Part shown: one piece after another, positions 50,600-60,635 of the stretch
Numbering within the stretch: the stretch's first letter is position 1
Layout of the letters: every line of letters starts with the position of its first letter
Program-made: the position numbers and the translations under genes
Notes under the pieces: model-generated
Database searches by the model: none
The model's input: only the letters and a program-made list of their open reading frames with translations
Told to the model about the DNA's origin: nothing
Assembly: GCA_963715335.1 (NCBI GenBank)
Contig: CAVQRZ010000019.1
Coordinates: 64,001 to 128,000 of the forward strand
Direction: 5' to 3'
Length of the DNA: 64,000 nt
From: an uncultured delta proteobacterium
GTDB lineage: Bacteria > Desulfobacterota > Desulfuromonadia > Desulfuromonadales > BM103

Positions 50600-50826
50600 T
50601 CCGGAAACAGACCCATATCAAGTGCTTCACGCAGGGCCTGCAATGTCAGCCGGGCTTGCTCTTCATCAATTTTCTCAATGGCAAAGCCGGCGTGGATCAG
50701 GACATAGTCGCCAACTTCGACATCATCAATCATCATCAGGCTGGCTTCGCGCTGCACGCCATCAATTTCACAGACCGCCATCTCGTTTGCTATGGTCTTG
50801 ACCTGCATCGGGACACCTAAGCACAT
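50596..50826 (-). CDS. hypC: hydrogenase chaperone HypC
   Basis: MCLGVP, GDYVLIHAGFA. Confidence 0.97.
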   Translation of the reverse strand: MCLGVPMQVKTIANEMAVCEIDGVQREASLMMIDDVEVGDYVLIHAGFAIEKIDEEQARLTLQALREALDMGLFPE

Positions 50827-50891
50827 TGGTTTGCTCCTTCGCTACAGCTCGTGAAACGCGAAGTGCGCGACGCGAGATGCGAAAAAAAAGG

Positions 50892-51620
50892 CTACCCGCC
50901 TTGCGTCTCGCGCTTCCGGGTGGTCTCTTGCACCAACCAGTCATACCATTGCTGCATGCCTGCGCCGCTATGGCAGGACAACTCCATGATCTCGATCCGC
51001 GGGTTGACCTGTCGAGCGGAGGTCTTGCACTGTTCAAGGTCGAATTTCAAGTAAGGGAGCAAGTCGATCTTGTTGATCAGCATAAGGTCTGCGGCCTGGA
51101 ACATCTGTGAATACTTGAGAGGTTTGTCCTCCCCTTCGGTTACGGAAAGGACCACTACCTTATGGTCTTCACCAAGATCGAACGATGCCGGGCAGACCAA
51201 ATTGCCAACATTCTCAATCATCAGGATGTCGGTTGCCGCCAGGTCAAAATCGTCGACACCGTGACCGATCATGTGCGCGTCGAGGTGACAGCCCGTGCCG
51301 GTGTTGATCTGCTTCACCGGTACCCCCGTTGCAGCAATGCGATCGGCATCGTTGGCGGTCTGCTGGTCGCCCTCGAGAACCGCAAAGTTGAGTTGTCCCT
51401 TGAGATCGGTGAGCGTCCGTTCCAGGATCGAAGTTTTGCCTGAGCCCGGCGAGCTTACAAGGTTCAGTACCAGCAGCCGGTTTGTTAAGAAGAGCTGCCG
51501 GTTGCCGGCCGCCAACCGGTTGTTCTTTGCCAGCAGATCTTCCTCGACACGGACCGTGCGAGGCTCGTGCTTATGTTGATGGGTATGGTCCGTCGAGCTG
51601 CAGCCACAGTCGGTGCACAT
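50892..51620 (-). CDS. hypB: hydrogenase nickel GTPase HypB
   Basis: MCTDCGC, SSPGSGKT, CHLDA, ENVGNLVCP, NKID. Confidence 0.97.
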   Translation of the reverse strand: MCTDCGCSSTDHTHQHKHEPRTVRVEEDLLAKNNRLAAGNRQLFLTNRLLVLNLVSSPGSGKTSILERTLTDLKGQLNFAVLEGDQQTANDADRIAATGVPVKQINTGTGCHLDAHMIGHGVDDFDLAATDILMIENVGNLVCPASFDLGEDHKVVVLSVTEGEDKPLKYSQMFQAADLMLINKIDLLPYLKFDLEQCKTSARQVNPRIEIMELSCHSGAGMQQWYDWLVQETTRKRETQGG

Positions 51621-51622
51621 GA

Positions 51623-51964
51623 TCAGTCAATCTCCATTTCGGTGAATTTCATCTCTCGCCCCTGCACCGTTTCCAGGGCCAGGCTGCTGCAGTGCGGGCA
51701 GACATGGGTCAAGCTTGCGATTTCTGCCGCTTTACCGCAGTCCAGGCATTGCCCCCTGCCGGTGATGTGGTGAATTTTCAGATCAGCCCCCTCGGCCAGA
51801 GTGCCTTTGCTACAGACATCAAAGGCGAACTCGACGGCCTCAGCGACCACACCAGAGAGAGCGCCGATCTCCAGGGTGATGCTGAGAATCTTTTTGGCGT
51901 CTTCGCGCGCGGCGTGTTCGATTGCCAGGTCGACGATGTTTTGTGTGAGGCTGAGTTCGTGCAA
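51623..51964 (-). CDS. hypA: hydrogenase nickel metallochaperone HypA
   Basis: MHELS (TTG start), CLDC and CPHC. Confidence 0.95.
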   Translation of the reverse strand: MHELSLTQNIVDLAIEHAAREDAKKILSITLEIGALSGVVAEAVEFAFDVCSKGTLAEGADLKIHHITGRGQCLDCGKAAEIASLTHVCPHCSSLALETVQGREMKFTEMEID

Positions 51965-52221
51965 AGAGTCATGTCCAAAAGTTATACCGCTTAAAAAAGC
52001 CGAAACTTATCGATCAATATAATGAAAGGCCAGCGCAAAAAGCAAGGGAACAGCGAACCGCTGGATCGGAATGAAACAATTTGTCAGGCAAGAGCCTTGC
52101 CCAACAATTAAAGTATCTGCTAGATTGCGGAGACGTGACTTGCTAGGGTTTTGTCGTACGACGCAGAGCTGTTTATTCGCTCAGTGGCGATTTTTCTGAG
52201 AGGCTTTCCAGTGAGGGTATC

Positions 52222-52809
52222 ATGAATAAGTTATCTGCCAGTGTTGTTGCCCTTGTCCTTGTCGTGACCGCGTCTGCCGCCTTGGCTGACAATCTGGACG
52301 ATGCTTTGGATGCTGCCAACTTTGGTAATTATGAAAAAGCCTATCAGCTCTGGCTGATTGAGGCCGAAAATGGTAGCGCCATTGCCCAGGCAAACATTGG
52401 GCTTCTGTATGCAGACGGTCTGGGTGTCCCCCGCAGCGACAAGGAGGCCGTCAAGTGGTATCGCATGGCAGCCGAGCAAGCAGAGCCGCGAGCCCAATAC
52501 TATTTGGGTACGGTCTTTGAGGAGGGCCGTGGTGTGCCGCAGGATTTCAAAGCGGCGGCCAAAAACTATCGCCTCGCAGCTTTGCAGGGATATGTGAATG
52601 CCCAATACAAACTGGGCCTTTTGTATCTCAAGGGCCTGGGGGTCGAGCAAAGCACTGAAGAGGCCTATGCCTGGTGGTCCGTGGCCGCCTCAAAGGGTCA
52701 TGAAGATGCGCAAAAATACAAGGACAGCGCCCAGCAACAGATGACCTCTAAGCAAATAGAAACGGCTCAGGAAATAGCTAAGCAGCTTTGGGCGGAACTT
52801 GGCAATTAA
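52222..52809 (+). CDS. secreted Sel1-repeat protein
   Basis: signal peptide; AQ..LG..Y..G.GV...A..WY..AA repeats. Confidence 0.92.
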   Translation: MNKLSASVVALVLVVTASAALADNLDDALDAANFGNYEKAYQLWLIEAENGSAIAQANIGLLYADGLGVPRSDKEAVKWYRMAAEQAEPRAQYYLGTVFEEGRGVPQDFKAAAKNYRLAALQGYVNAQYKLGLLYLKGLGVEQSTEEAYAWWSVAASKGHEDAQKYKDSAQQQMTSKQIETAQEIAKQLWAELGN

Positions 52810-52979
52810 ACCATTGGTATTTCATAAGTTCATCAAACCGCACGGGTCTCGAGTGCGGTTTTTTGTTTGAGGTGTGACAATCGGGGGCCTTGGCTTTTTG
52901 ACGGGCGCAACAGTTTCGGCACTGCTGATGCATTCTCCTATATGTCAATTCATACACTGAGGATGAGGAGCACTCTGCC

Positions 52980-53543
52980 ATGAAGCGTGCATTGGTTGTT
53001 GATGATGAACCTTTTTTGCGGCGCCAGGTCGCCGAAATCGTTGCCGGCTACGGGTTTGATGAGATTCTTGAAGCTGAAAACGGTGTTCAGGCGGTTGAAA
53101 TCGCGACTCACCAGGAGATTTTGCTGGTCGTCATGGATGTCGGTATGCCTGTTATGGACGGCGTCACCGCTGCTGAAAAAATAGGCAAGATAAAGCCCTT
53201 GCCGATCGTTCTGGTGACGGCCAATACGGAATCCGCCACCATCGAACGTGCCCGCCTGGCGGGAGTCATGAATTACGTGGTCAAGCCGGTTCGCGCCGAA
53301 CAGTTGTTTGTCGCTGTCGATCTGGCCATCCACCAGTTCGTCGAACTTGCCACGCTGCGTGATGAGGTCGGCAAGCTGCGGGAGACGCTTGAGGCGAGAA
53401 AAATTATCGATCGGGCCAAGGGTGTCCTCATGAAGCGCGGCATGGATGAGCCCCAGGCCTTCCGGCGCCTGCAGAAGCTTGCCATGGACAAACGCAAATC
53501 ACTGCGGGAAGTTGCCGAGGCGGTTCTTTTGACAGAAGATTGA
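52980..53543 (+). CDS. ANTAR-domain response regulator (AmiR/NasT type)
   Basis: receiver domain, coiled coil, RKIIDRAKGVLM...AF..LQK.AM. Confidence 0.93.
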   Translation: MKRALVVDDEPFLRRQVAEIVAGYGFDEILEAENGVQAVEIATHQEILLVVMDVGMPVMDGVTAAEKIGKIKPLPIVLVTANTESATIERARLAGVMNYVVKPVRAEQLFVAVDLAIHQFVELATLRDEVGKLRETLEARKIIDRAKGVLMKRGMDEPQAFRRLQKLAMDKRKSLREVAEAVLLTED

Positions 53544-53628
53544 CCTGCCGGGTTTTGTCAGTTTGCGGTAATTCTGCAAGGTAATGCTATACTGGCGAAA
53601 ACAATCTCAAGCTCGCAACGGAGTCCAT

Positions 53629-53826
53629 ATGCCCGAACCTGTTAATAAAGAATGTGCCGATCAGAAATCCCATCACCTGCATCTCTGCCAGTTGAAGAAA
53701 AAAGGTTTAACGGAAGAGGTTGCTGCCCGAACGAACGATCCCGGATATGTCTGCCATAACTGTAATATTACGGCGAATCGAGCAGAAGACCTATGCAATT
53801 GTAGCCCTTTTGTAAAGAGAAGCTGA
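53629..53826 (+). CDS. small Cys/His-rich protein
   Basis: GGAG RBS; HHLHLC...CHNC...LCNC. Confidence 0.65.
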   Translation: MPEPVNKECADQKSHHLHLCQLKKKGLTEEVAARTNDPGYVCHNCNITANRAEDLCNCSPFVKRS

Positions 53827-53887
53827 CCGGTTTGCTGAATCCGGTTTAAATGTGACCATAATCGTTCGCAAATCAAGGGAGTTTTGT

Positions 53888-53997
53888 TTGGCGATCTGGA
53901 ATTGTGAAAAGTGTGCTACGAAAAGGAAGGGCGTTGCAAACCAAAGAAGTGTCCGGAATGCAATGACCAGACTGTTTTTGTCAAGCAGGAACAGTAA
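53888..53997 (+). pseudogene. RCKP-type rubredoxin-like miniprotein with a 1-nt deletion at about 53915
   Basis: AAGGGAG RBS and TTG; restoring one G gives MAIWNCEKCGYEKEGRCKPKKCPECNDQTVFVKQEQ*. Confidence 0.75.
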
Positions 53998-54048
53998 GCG
54001 AACGAGACCAGGTGCCTGTTGAGCAGGCTGCCATACAGGATAAATAGG

Positions 54049-54080
54049 AAGGGCCCGCCAATTGATGGCGGGCCTTTTGT
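54049..54080 (+). terminator. rho-independent terminator
   Basis: GGCCCGCCA/TGGCGGGCC followed by a T tract. Confidence 0.75.
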
Positions 54081-54096
54081 TGTTTCCGTGGAAAAG

Positions 54097-54843
54097 TTAT
54101 TCGATCAACGTTTGCATGACCTGTCCTGCGCTTTCGTTGAAACAGATTGCGGCCAGGTGGTCATACGGCGTCGCCGCGCGGTTAATGAAGATCAGGCTGG
54201 CGCCCGCTTGATGGGCGATCAGGGGGAACTGGTTGGCGGGTTGGACTTCCAGTGAAGAACCGATCATCAGAAGCAGGTCGCAGCTGGCGGCGGCCTGATA
54301 GGCCTGGTCCATGGCTTCGGCGGGCATTGATTGACCGAAGGACACCGTGTCGGGTTTGATCAGGCCATGGCATTCCTCGCAGTGCGGGTCCAGGTCTCCC
54401 GTTTCCAGGCGCTGCTGGATTTCGGTGATTGGCCACTGTCGGCTGCAGGTCAGGCATGACGCGGTCAGGTTGGTGCCGTGCAGTTCAATGACGCGTCTGC
54501 TGCCTGCTGCCTGCTGCAGGCCATCGATGTTCTGGGTAATTACATAGTCCAGCCTGCCGTCTGCTTCAAGTTTTGCCAGGGCAAAATGTGCCGGATTCGG
54601 CCGCGCGTTGAGCAGACCGGGAATCAGCTCCCGACGCATCGACCAGTACTCGACGCGATTTTCGTGGCTGGCGAGGAATTCCTGGAAAGTAACGACGCGA
54701 TAGCGATCCCAAAGACCGCCTTTGGAACGAAAATCTGCCAGGCCGGACTCGGTTGAGATGCCTGCTCCGCAAAAGGCGACGATCCGGTTTGCCCTGCCCA
54801 GCAGGGCTCTGCCCTGGTCAATCTGTTCAGCGAGAGTTCCCAT
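54097..54843 (-). CDS. Sir2-family NAD-dependent deacylase
   Basis: GAGISTESG..DFR, TQNIDGL, ELHG, two CxxC, GSSL.V. Confidence 0.93.
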   Translation of the reverse strand: MGTLAEQIDQGRALLGRANRIVAFCGAGISTESGLADFRSKGGLWDRYRVVTFQEFLASHENRVEYWSMRRELIPGLLNARPNPAHFALAKLEADGRLDYVITQNIDGLQQAAGSRRVIELHGTNLTASCLTCSRQWPITEIQQRLETGDLDPHCEECHGLIKPDTVSFGQSMPAEAMDQAYQAAASCDLLLMIGSSLEVQPANQFPLIAHQAGASLIFINRAATPYDHLAAICFNESAGQVMQTLIE

Positions 54844-54854
54844 AGTGCCTACGG

Positions 54855-56333
54855 TCAGCCGATCGCCTGCTGCAGACCGGGAAAATAAGTGATCAACCCA
54901 TCTGTTTCCTGGATCCGTTTGCCTTGTTCAACCGCCCTTTGTACGGCGGCAGTCAATTGCATGTCGCCATAGAGGGCCGCGCCGACGATCTGTCCGTCAC
55001 GACAGACCAGCCCGCGATAACTGTCGTTCTCCTGGACTTCGAAGAGTCGCGAACTGGCATCGGTCGGCTGGACCAGGCCGATGCTGAAGAGGTCAACATC
55101 GAGCACCTTGATGCGGTTGGTCATCGGTATGCCGGTAAATTCCACGGAGCCACCAATCGCATTGGTCCCGGCAACCAGTCCCTGGGCATAGCTGGCCGGC
55201 CAGATTCCGTAAACCCGCCCCTGGTGCTCGGTGACGTCGCCTGCGGCAAGGATATGCTCGTCGGAGGTGAACAATCGATCATTCACAATGACCCCGTTTT
55301 GCACCTTGAGACCACACTCTCTCGCCAGGTAGCTGTTCGGCCTCACGCCGGTGGCCAGGATGACAATGTCGGCCGGGATTTCACGGCCATCTTCAAGCAG
55401 GACGCCGTGCACGGCTTCGTCACCGGTGAATTCCTTGATCTGAATACCGCATTCAACAGCCATGTGTTGATTGTGCAGATGGGTCTTGAGCAATGCCGCT
55501 GCCTTTGGCGGGAGCTGGCGTGGCAGAAGCCAATTGAACCCTTCCAGAACCGTGACGGATGCTCCGCGTTTCCGCAGGGCCCATGCCGTTTCCAGCCCGA
55601 GCAGACCACCGCCGACGCAGACCGCACGGCATCCCGGCCGCAGGGAGTCGATCAGTTTGCGGGCATTTTCAAGTGTCCGCAGCACGGTCACCCCATCACG
55701 GCTGGCACCGGGAATCGGAGGGATGAAGGGGTGTGCGCCATTGCTCAGAATCAGCCTGTCGTACCCCAGCTGCCGGCCGTCGCGTAAAGTTACTTGCCGC
55801 AGGTTACGGTCGATTGCCTGGGCATCGCCGGTAAGATATTTGATCTTTAGCGTCTCGAACCAGTCCTGATGCTGTATCAGCAGCGCGTTTTCTGCAACTT
55901 CGCCAGCCAGGAAGCGGGTCAGGTTCAAACGGAAATAGGGGAGGGCCATTTCCCGGGAGACAAGGGTGATCTCGACGTCGGCGGATTGCCGACGGGCCTC
56001 TTCTGCGGCAGTCAACCCGGCGATCCCGGCCCCCAGGATAACCAGGCTGCGGATATCTGCCTGAATGGCGGACACTGCCGCTATCGCGTAGGGGTGGAAG
56101 AGTGCCGCCGCTGCGCCACATACCGGGCAGAAATTCGGTGCGGTCTCCCCCTCGGCGATATGGTCGCAGATGCTGCATTGCCATGCTCCAGCCGTCTCTT
56201 TTGCGGCGGGCGCCCTTTTGATCACCAGGGGCGAAAAATGGCTTTTGTCTGCGCCGCAGACCGGACAGGATGATGGTGCCTCAACGCCGTTGTGGACGTA
56301 GCCACAGAGGTCACACTTCCAGGTGTTGTTCAT
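54855..56333 (-). CDS. FAD/NAD(P)H oxidoreductase with two N-terminal rubredoxin-like domains
   Basis: CDLC/CPVC and CSIC/CPVC; GAGIAG, GGGLLGLE, AAGD. Confidence 0.9.
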   Translation of the reverse strand: MNNTWKCDLCGYVHNGVEAPSSCPVCGADKSHFSPLVIKRAPAAKETAGAWQCSICDHIAEGETAPNFCPVCGAAAALFHPYAIAAVSAIQADIRSLVILGAGIAGLTAAEEARRQSADVEITLVSREMALPYFRLNLTRFLAGEVAENALLIQHQDWFETLKIKYLTGDAQAIDRNLRQVTLRDGRQLGYDRLILSNGAHPFIPPIPGASRDGVTVLRTLENARKLIDSLRPGCRAVCVGGGLLGLETAWALRKRGASVTVLEGFNWLLPRQLPPKAAALLKTHLHNQHMAVECGIQIKEFTGDEAVHGVLLEDGREIPADIVILATGVRPNSYLARECGLKVQNGVIVNDRLFTSDEHILAAGDVTEHQGRVYGIWPASYAQGLVAGTNAIGGSVEFTGIPMTNRIKVLDVDLFSIGLVQPTDASSRLFEVQENDSYRGLVCRDGQIVGAALYGDMQLTAAVQRAVEQGKRIQETDGLITYFPGLQQAIG

Positions 56334-56933
56334 GAGAAAACCCTTACAGCCCCTGAGCGATCCGGGCTCAGAGACAGAAAGATATGGTCAGCTGTGCAGG
56401 CTGACGGTTAATGTCTGTGGAAGAAAGACCCCACTAATGGTTGGTTCTCTTTGGCGCTGAACCGGGCAACAAGATTCGCCGAGATCCTCACCGTCTCCTG
56501 TTGTGCCGGTCGCTGCAACGGTTGGAATATTTAGCCCTATCATTCTAAACTGTTTTCAGTACTGTGCAATCCCTGTCTGACCACGGTCAGAAGTTTTCCG
56601 ATGAGGAGTAAGAATTGGATCACAAAGGCTGCTTTTTGCCCCGGGTCGCCACCAACTGCCACAATCTTCGAGCCATGAATTTGAACCGCATGTCAGCCTG
56701 CTCTATCAGTCCCTCCCCGTCTCCGTGCGGGCAAGGCTGGCCGGGAAAATCAGAGCTGCCGATGCAGGAAATCTGTTTTGACCAGATATGGGCCGTTGCC
56801 ATTCCTGAGACAATTCTTGCTGCTGAAAACTTGTCAGGTTGGCGGACGCTTTTGAACTGTCGGCTTGCTTCCAACGTAATAGTCGATAACCTTTAGGTTG
56901 CCATCTTCGTTCGCAAAAAGCAGATTGGAGCCA

Positions 56934-57458
56934 ATGCTTGTGGAAGACAGGATCGACATAGTTCAAGGTGACATTACCCTGCTGGAGGTCGATGCGATTG
57001 TCAACGCCGCCAACCAGAGCCTTCTCGGAGGCGGTGGCGTGGATGGTGCCATCCATCGGGCTGCAGGCCCGGAATTGCTGGAAGAATGTCGCAAGCTGGG
57101 CGGGTGTCCGACAGGAGAAGCCAAGATTACTTCCGGCTACAACCTGTCCGCCCACTATGTGATTCACACGGTGGGCCCGGTTTGGCATGGCGGTGACCGC
57201 AACGAGGACAACCTCCTGGCAAGCTGCTACCGCAACAGCCTGGACCTGGCGTTTCAGCACAAATTGCGGAGTATCGCATTCCCGTCGATCAGCACCGGAG
57301 TTTACCGGTTTCCGATAGCAAGGGCCAGCAGAATTGCATTGCGGGTGATCCACGATTTTGTCGTTTCGGAAGAAGCTGCGCCGCGGGTGATGATCGTCTG
57401 CTTTTCCGAAGAGGACCAGGCTGCTTATCTGAAGGCCTATCAGGAATTAGTATTTTAA
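56934..57458 (+). CDS. macrodomain O-acetyl-ADP-ribose deacetylase (YmdB-like)
   Basis: [37 protein letters not shown]. Confidence 0.93.
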   Translation: MLVEDRIDIVQGDITLLEVDAIVNAANQSLLGGGGVDGAIHRAAGPELLEECRKLGGCPTGEAKITSGYNLSAHYVIHTVGPVWHGGDRNEDNLLASCYRNSLDLAFQHKLRSIAFPSISTGVYRFPIARASRIALRVIHDFVVSEEAAPRVMIVCFSEEDQAAYLKAYQELVF

Positions 57459-57572
57459 GCGGGTTTGTGCCCTGTCGATTTTGCTGTGCCTGTGCCGATA
57501 TCCGACCCAATTTTTAGTTGTTCTTTGCAAAAAGAAAGCCCAAGTCAATTCCTGGCATTATACCTTTGTTGA

Positions 57573-57588
57573 TGGAATTAAATTTGCA
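57573..57588 (+). promoter_or_regulatory. possible sigma54 promoter
   Basis: TGGAATTAAATTTGCA (GG-N10-GC) upstream of the CBS gene. Confidence 0.45.
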
Positions 57589-57700
57589 TGGTAATTCTGG
57601 ATGTATTGAATCAAGCCTTTTTTGCCTTAATTTCAGGGAAATAACCTGATCGGGGCAGGGGAATGACGGAATTTTGATGAGAATAGGTTTTGGGGGGAAG

Positions 57701-58537
57701 ATGAACCAGACAATTGGTCAATATGCAACGCGTCCGGTTGTGGCTGTTGAGTCAACTTCGACGGTTCTTGATGCATTGAAGCTGATGAGTGAGAAACGGA
57801 TCAGCTGCGTCGTTGCTCTTGCGCACGGCGAGCCGATCGGGATCCTGACGGAAAGAGACATTGTCTTCGCCGCAAACTGGTTGTTGGGACAGCCCGATCT
57901 CCTGATTAATGAAGTCATGAACAAGCCGGTGATGACGGCATCGGAGAACATGACCGTCGCCCAGGCTTACCGCGTATTCAGCCAGCATAATATCCGTCAT
58001 CTCGTGGTGCGCGATACCCGGCTTGAGATGGCAGGAATCTTTACCCAGACAGACCTCGTACGGTCCCTGCATGACGAGGTGTTTGAAGGGGTCAGTGATA
58101 TCATCGAGCTGATGTCCTCGAAGGTTCTGACCGTGGCAGCGGACGTCCCTGCCCGCTATGCTCTCTCTATGATGGCACGTCGGTCGGTCAGCTGTATTGT
58201 GGTTATCGATGGGCTGATTCCCGTTGGCATGTTTACAGAACGTGACGTGGTACGCTGCATTGCCGAAGGGGTTGACTTGACAACCGCTTCGGTAGGCGAA
58301 GTGATGTGCCCGTCAATCGTGACAACGCCGATGACGACCGCTCCTCATGCAACCATCAGCATGATGCAGAAGAAGACGGTCAGGCGTGTCCTTGTGGTTG
58401 ATGATCTGGGCGGCGTTGCCGGGATTCTGACCCAGACCGATATCGGCAGGATTCTCGATCGAAAAGAGCCCGGCCATATCAGTCGTCTTTTTGGCGAGGT
58501 CGGCAGCGGGGTAGAAGCTTCACCTGGGCCGATGTGA
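57701..58537 (+). CDS. stand-alone four-CBS-domain protein
   Basis: GILTERD, GIFTQTD, GMFTERD and GILTQTD repeats. Confidence 0.9.
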   Translation: MNQTIGQYATRPVVAVESTSTVLDALKLMSEKRISCVVALAHGEPIGILTERDIVFAANWLLGQPDLLINEVMNKPVMTASENMTVAQAYRVFSQHNIRHLVVRDTRLEMAGIFTQTDLVRSLHDEVFEGVSDIIELMSSKVLTVAADVPARYALSMMARRSVSCIVVIDGLIPVGMFTERDVVRCIAEGVDLTTASVGEVMCPSIVTTPMTTAPHATISMMQKKTVRRVLVVDDLGGVAGILTQTDIGRILDRKEPGHISRLFGEVGSGVEASPGPM

Positions 58538-58562
58538 TTCCCATTGAGCGATGACTAATATC

Positions 58563-58591
58563 AAGGGCCTTGCAGACCGCAAGGCCCTTTT
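58563..58591. terminator. terminator between convergent genes
   Basis: AAGGGCCTTGC/GCAAGGCCCTT. Confidence 0.7.
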
Positions 58592-58621
58592 CTCATTCAC
58601 AAACACGCGAAACCAGATTGA

Positions 58622-59068
58622 TCAGCAGATGGTGGCCAGATGCAAAGGTTGACCGCCCGCGACCAGGCACGAGTCTTTTCTGTACTCGGGACACGTCTGG
58701 CAGCAATAATTTGTCAACCAGGTGGTCGCCTCCTGCTCGTCGGTGAACAACCGTGTATCGATTCCCCGGTTGTTCATGGCAAGTTGCAGGATCTCTAGCG
58801 GTGCTGATTTGATGTCATCTAAAAGGTATGCCGCCTTCTTGCCACGGTGACCAGACTGATCCGTTGCCTTGGCTGCAAACTCGTATTGCTGGGAAAATGA
58901 ACACGTCAGGTCCGCGCCTCTGAAATCTATGATGTTGCCCTTGATGGGAACCTGTCTTGAGGCGTCTTCGACAGCCTGCAAGGCCTTGAGTCTCAGGGCC
59001 AGGTCAACCCTTCCACTATATTTGATCCAGTAAAAGCCATTTTTGCAATATCTGACGGTGAAAGGCAT
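58622..59068 (-). CDS. hypothetical protein (SpoIIAA/STAS-SEC14-like)
   Basis: IIDFR...RLFTDEQEATTWL pattern; no clear RBS. Confidence 0.6.
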   Translation of the reverse strand: MPFTVRYCKNGFYWIKYSGRVDLALRLKALQAVEDASRQVPIKGNIIDFRGADLTCSFSQQYEFAAKATDQSGHRGKKAAYLLDDIKSAPLEILQLAMNNRGIDTRLFTDEQEATTWLTNYCCQTCPEYRKDSCLVAGGQPLHLATIC

Positions 59069-59115
59069 AAAACAAAAAAGGGCACACGCAAGTATGCCCC
59101 TCCCCTGAATTTTGT

Positions 59116-59192
<77 letters not shown>

Positions 59193-59314
59193 ACGAAGAC
59201 GCCAAGCTACCGGAAGCAAGTGCCCTTGTCAACCTTTTCTCGCGATACAGGCTCTGCTGCTTGCCGTTGGGCTCCTTATTGGAGTATAACCACTGTCACT
59301 GAGGGTTGTTGGTG

Positions 59315-60370
59315 ATGTCAAAGACGATAAACCTAGAAAAGGCATTGGCCCTGCGTGACAGGGGCGCGGTGCTGATTGACGCGCGCAGCCCGGCAGAGTT
59401 TGCCGAGGCGACCATCCCGGGTGCGATCAACATACCGATCCTTGATGATGCGGAGCGCGACGAAGTCGGTACGCTATATAGGCAGGTCGGGAAAGCCCCA
59501 GCCAGACGACGCGGAGTGGTGCTGGTTGCCCCCAAGATCCCGGCCATGGTGGAGCAGGCTGCCGATCTCCAGTCCGGCACTTCCCTGCCCGTGGTTGTCT
59601 TCTGCTGGCGCGGTGGTATGCGCAGCCTCGCTTTGACCCAGTTCCTGGAACTTGCCGGTATTCCCGCCTGGCAGTTGTTGGGGGGGCATAAAGGTTTTCG
59701 CAGGCATGTCCTGGATTTCTTTGAGCAGGGTCAGTGGGGTCGCATGATAGTCTTGCGTGGTCTGACCGGAGTGGGCAAGACTCATTACCTGCATCGTCTG
59801 GCCGAAATCGGCGCTCCGGTTATTGACCTTGAAGGGTTGGCGAATCATCGCGGCAGTGCCTTCGGCAATCTCGGTTTGCCGCCGCAGCCTACCCAGAAAA
59901 TGTTCGAAGCGCTGGTTTGGAACGAGTTGTGCAAAATACCGCAAGGAGCTTTTGCCTTGGTGGAAGGGGAGAGCCGTCATATCGGTCGGGTTGCTTTGCC
60001 GATACGGCTGTACGACTCCTTGCAGGCCGAAACATCGATCTGGCTGAAGACAGATATGTCGACCCGGATCAAAAATATTTTGGCTGACTACCCGGCGCTC
60101 GACAGCCTCAAGACCAGTTTTACCGAACCGATCAAAGCTCTTAAGGAGAGGCTCGGTAAAAAGACGGTCAACCGATATCTGGAATTGCTTGATGCGGGGG
60201 AGTGGACTGACTTGGTTCGCGAGCTGATGGAGAATTATTATGACCCTCTCTATCAACATACCCTGCCGGAGAGGCGGATTGAAATCGAACTCGGGCCGGA
60301 AGAGACGGCCCTGGAGCGTATTCAATCGGCCGTCTCCTGCGTATTGGATAATCGCGTTGCACCGCAGTAA
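59315..60370 (+). CDS. selU: tRNA 2-selenouridine synthase
   Basis: rhodanese DARSP.EF...CWRGGMRS, P-loop GLTGVGKT, DLEGLANHRGSAFG, EGES..IG, YYDPLY. Confidence 0.93.
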   Translation: MSKTINLEKALALRDRGAVLIDARSPAEFAEATIPGAINIPILDDAERDEVGTLYRQVGKAPARRRGVVLVAPKIPAMVEQAADLQSGTSLPVVVFCWRGGMRSLALTQFLELAGIPAWQLLGGHKGFRRHVLDFFEQGQWGRMIVLRGLTGVGKTHYLHRLAEIGAPVIDLEGLANHRGSAFGNLGLPPQPTQKMFEALVWNELCKIPQGAFALVEGESRHIGRVALPIRLYDSLQAETSIWLKTDMSTRIKNILADYPALDSLKTSFTEPIKALKERLGKKTVNRYLELLDAGEWTDLVRELMENYYDPLYQHTLPERRIEIELGPEETALERIQSAVSCVLDNRVAPQ

Positions 60371-60436
60371 CCCTTTACTGTTCTGGCCTCCTTCACACAG
60401 AGGGTTCCCATGCAAAAGGCCTGGATGGATGCCAAC

Positions 60437-60610
60437 ATGAAGCCACTGCCGAAAGATAAATCGATCAACCCTCTTTGTCTTAAGTGCCTACGCCACTGCA
60501 AACAGCCGGCGAACAATCTTTTGCTCGAGTGCCCGCGTTATTTCCCGTTGCCGTTCAAGGTGGAGAAGCTTCGCTTTGATCAACTGGATTTGTTTGACGG
60601 GGAAGAGTGA
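60437..60610 (+). CDS. small Cys-rich protein with C-terminal QLDLF
   Basis: CLKCLRHCKQ...CPRY...QLDLFDGEE; start uncertain. Confidence 0.65.
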   Translation: MKPLPKDKSINPLCLKCLRHCKQPANNLLLECPRYFPLPFKVEKLRFDQLDLFDGEE

Positions 60611-60635
60611 GAGGGGTTTGAGATTGGTCTGAGCA

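Noticed and set aside
54097..54843. Sirtuin as an anti-phage NADase (Thoeris/DSR)
   Set aside because: Canonical Zn-ribbon CobB-like deacylase size and motifs; no defence partners
56340..56530. Hairpins upstream of the oxidoreductase as an ANTAR target RNA
   Set aside because: No convincing pair of hexaloop hairpins with the expected spacing
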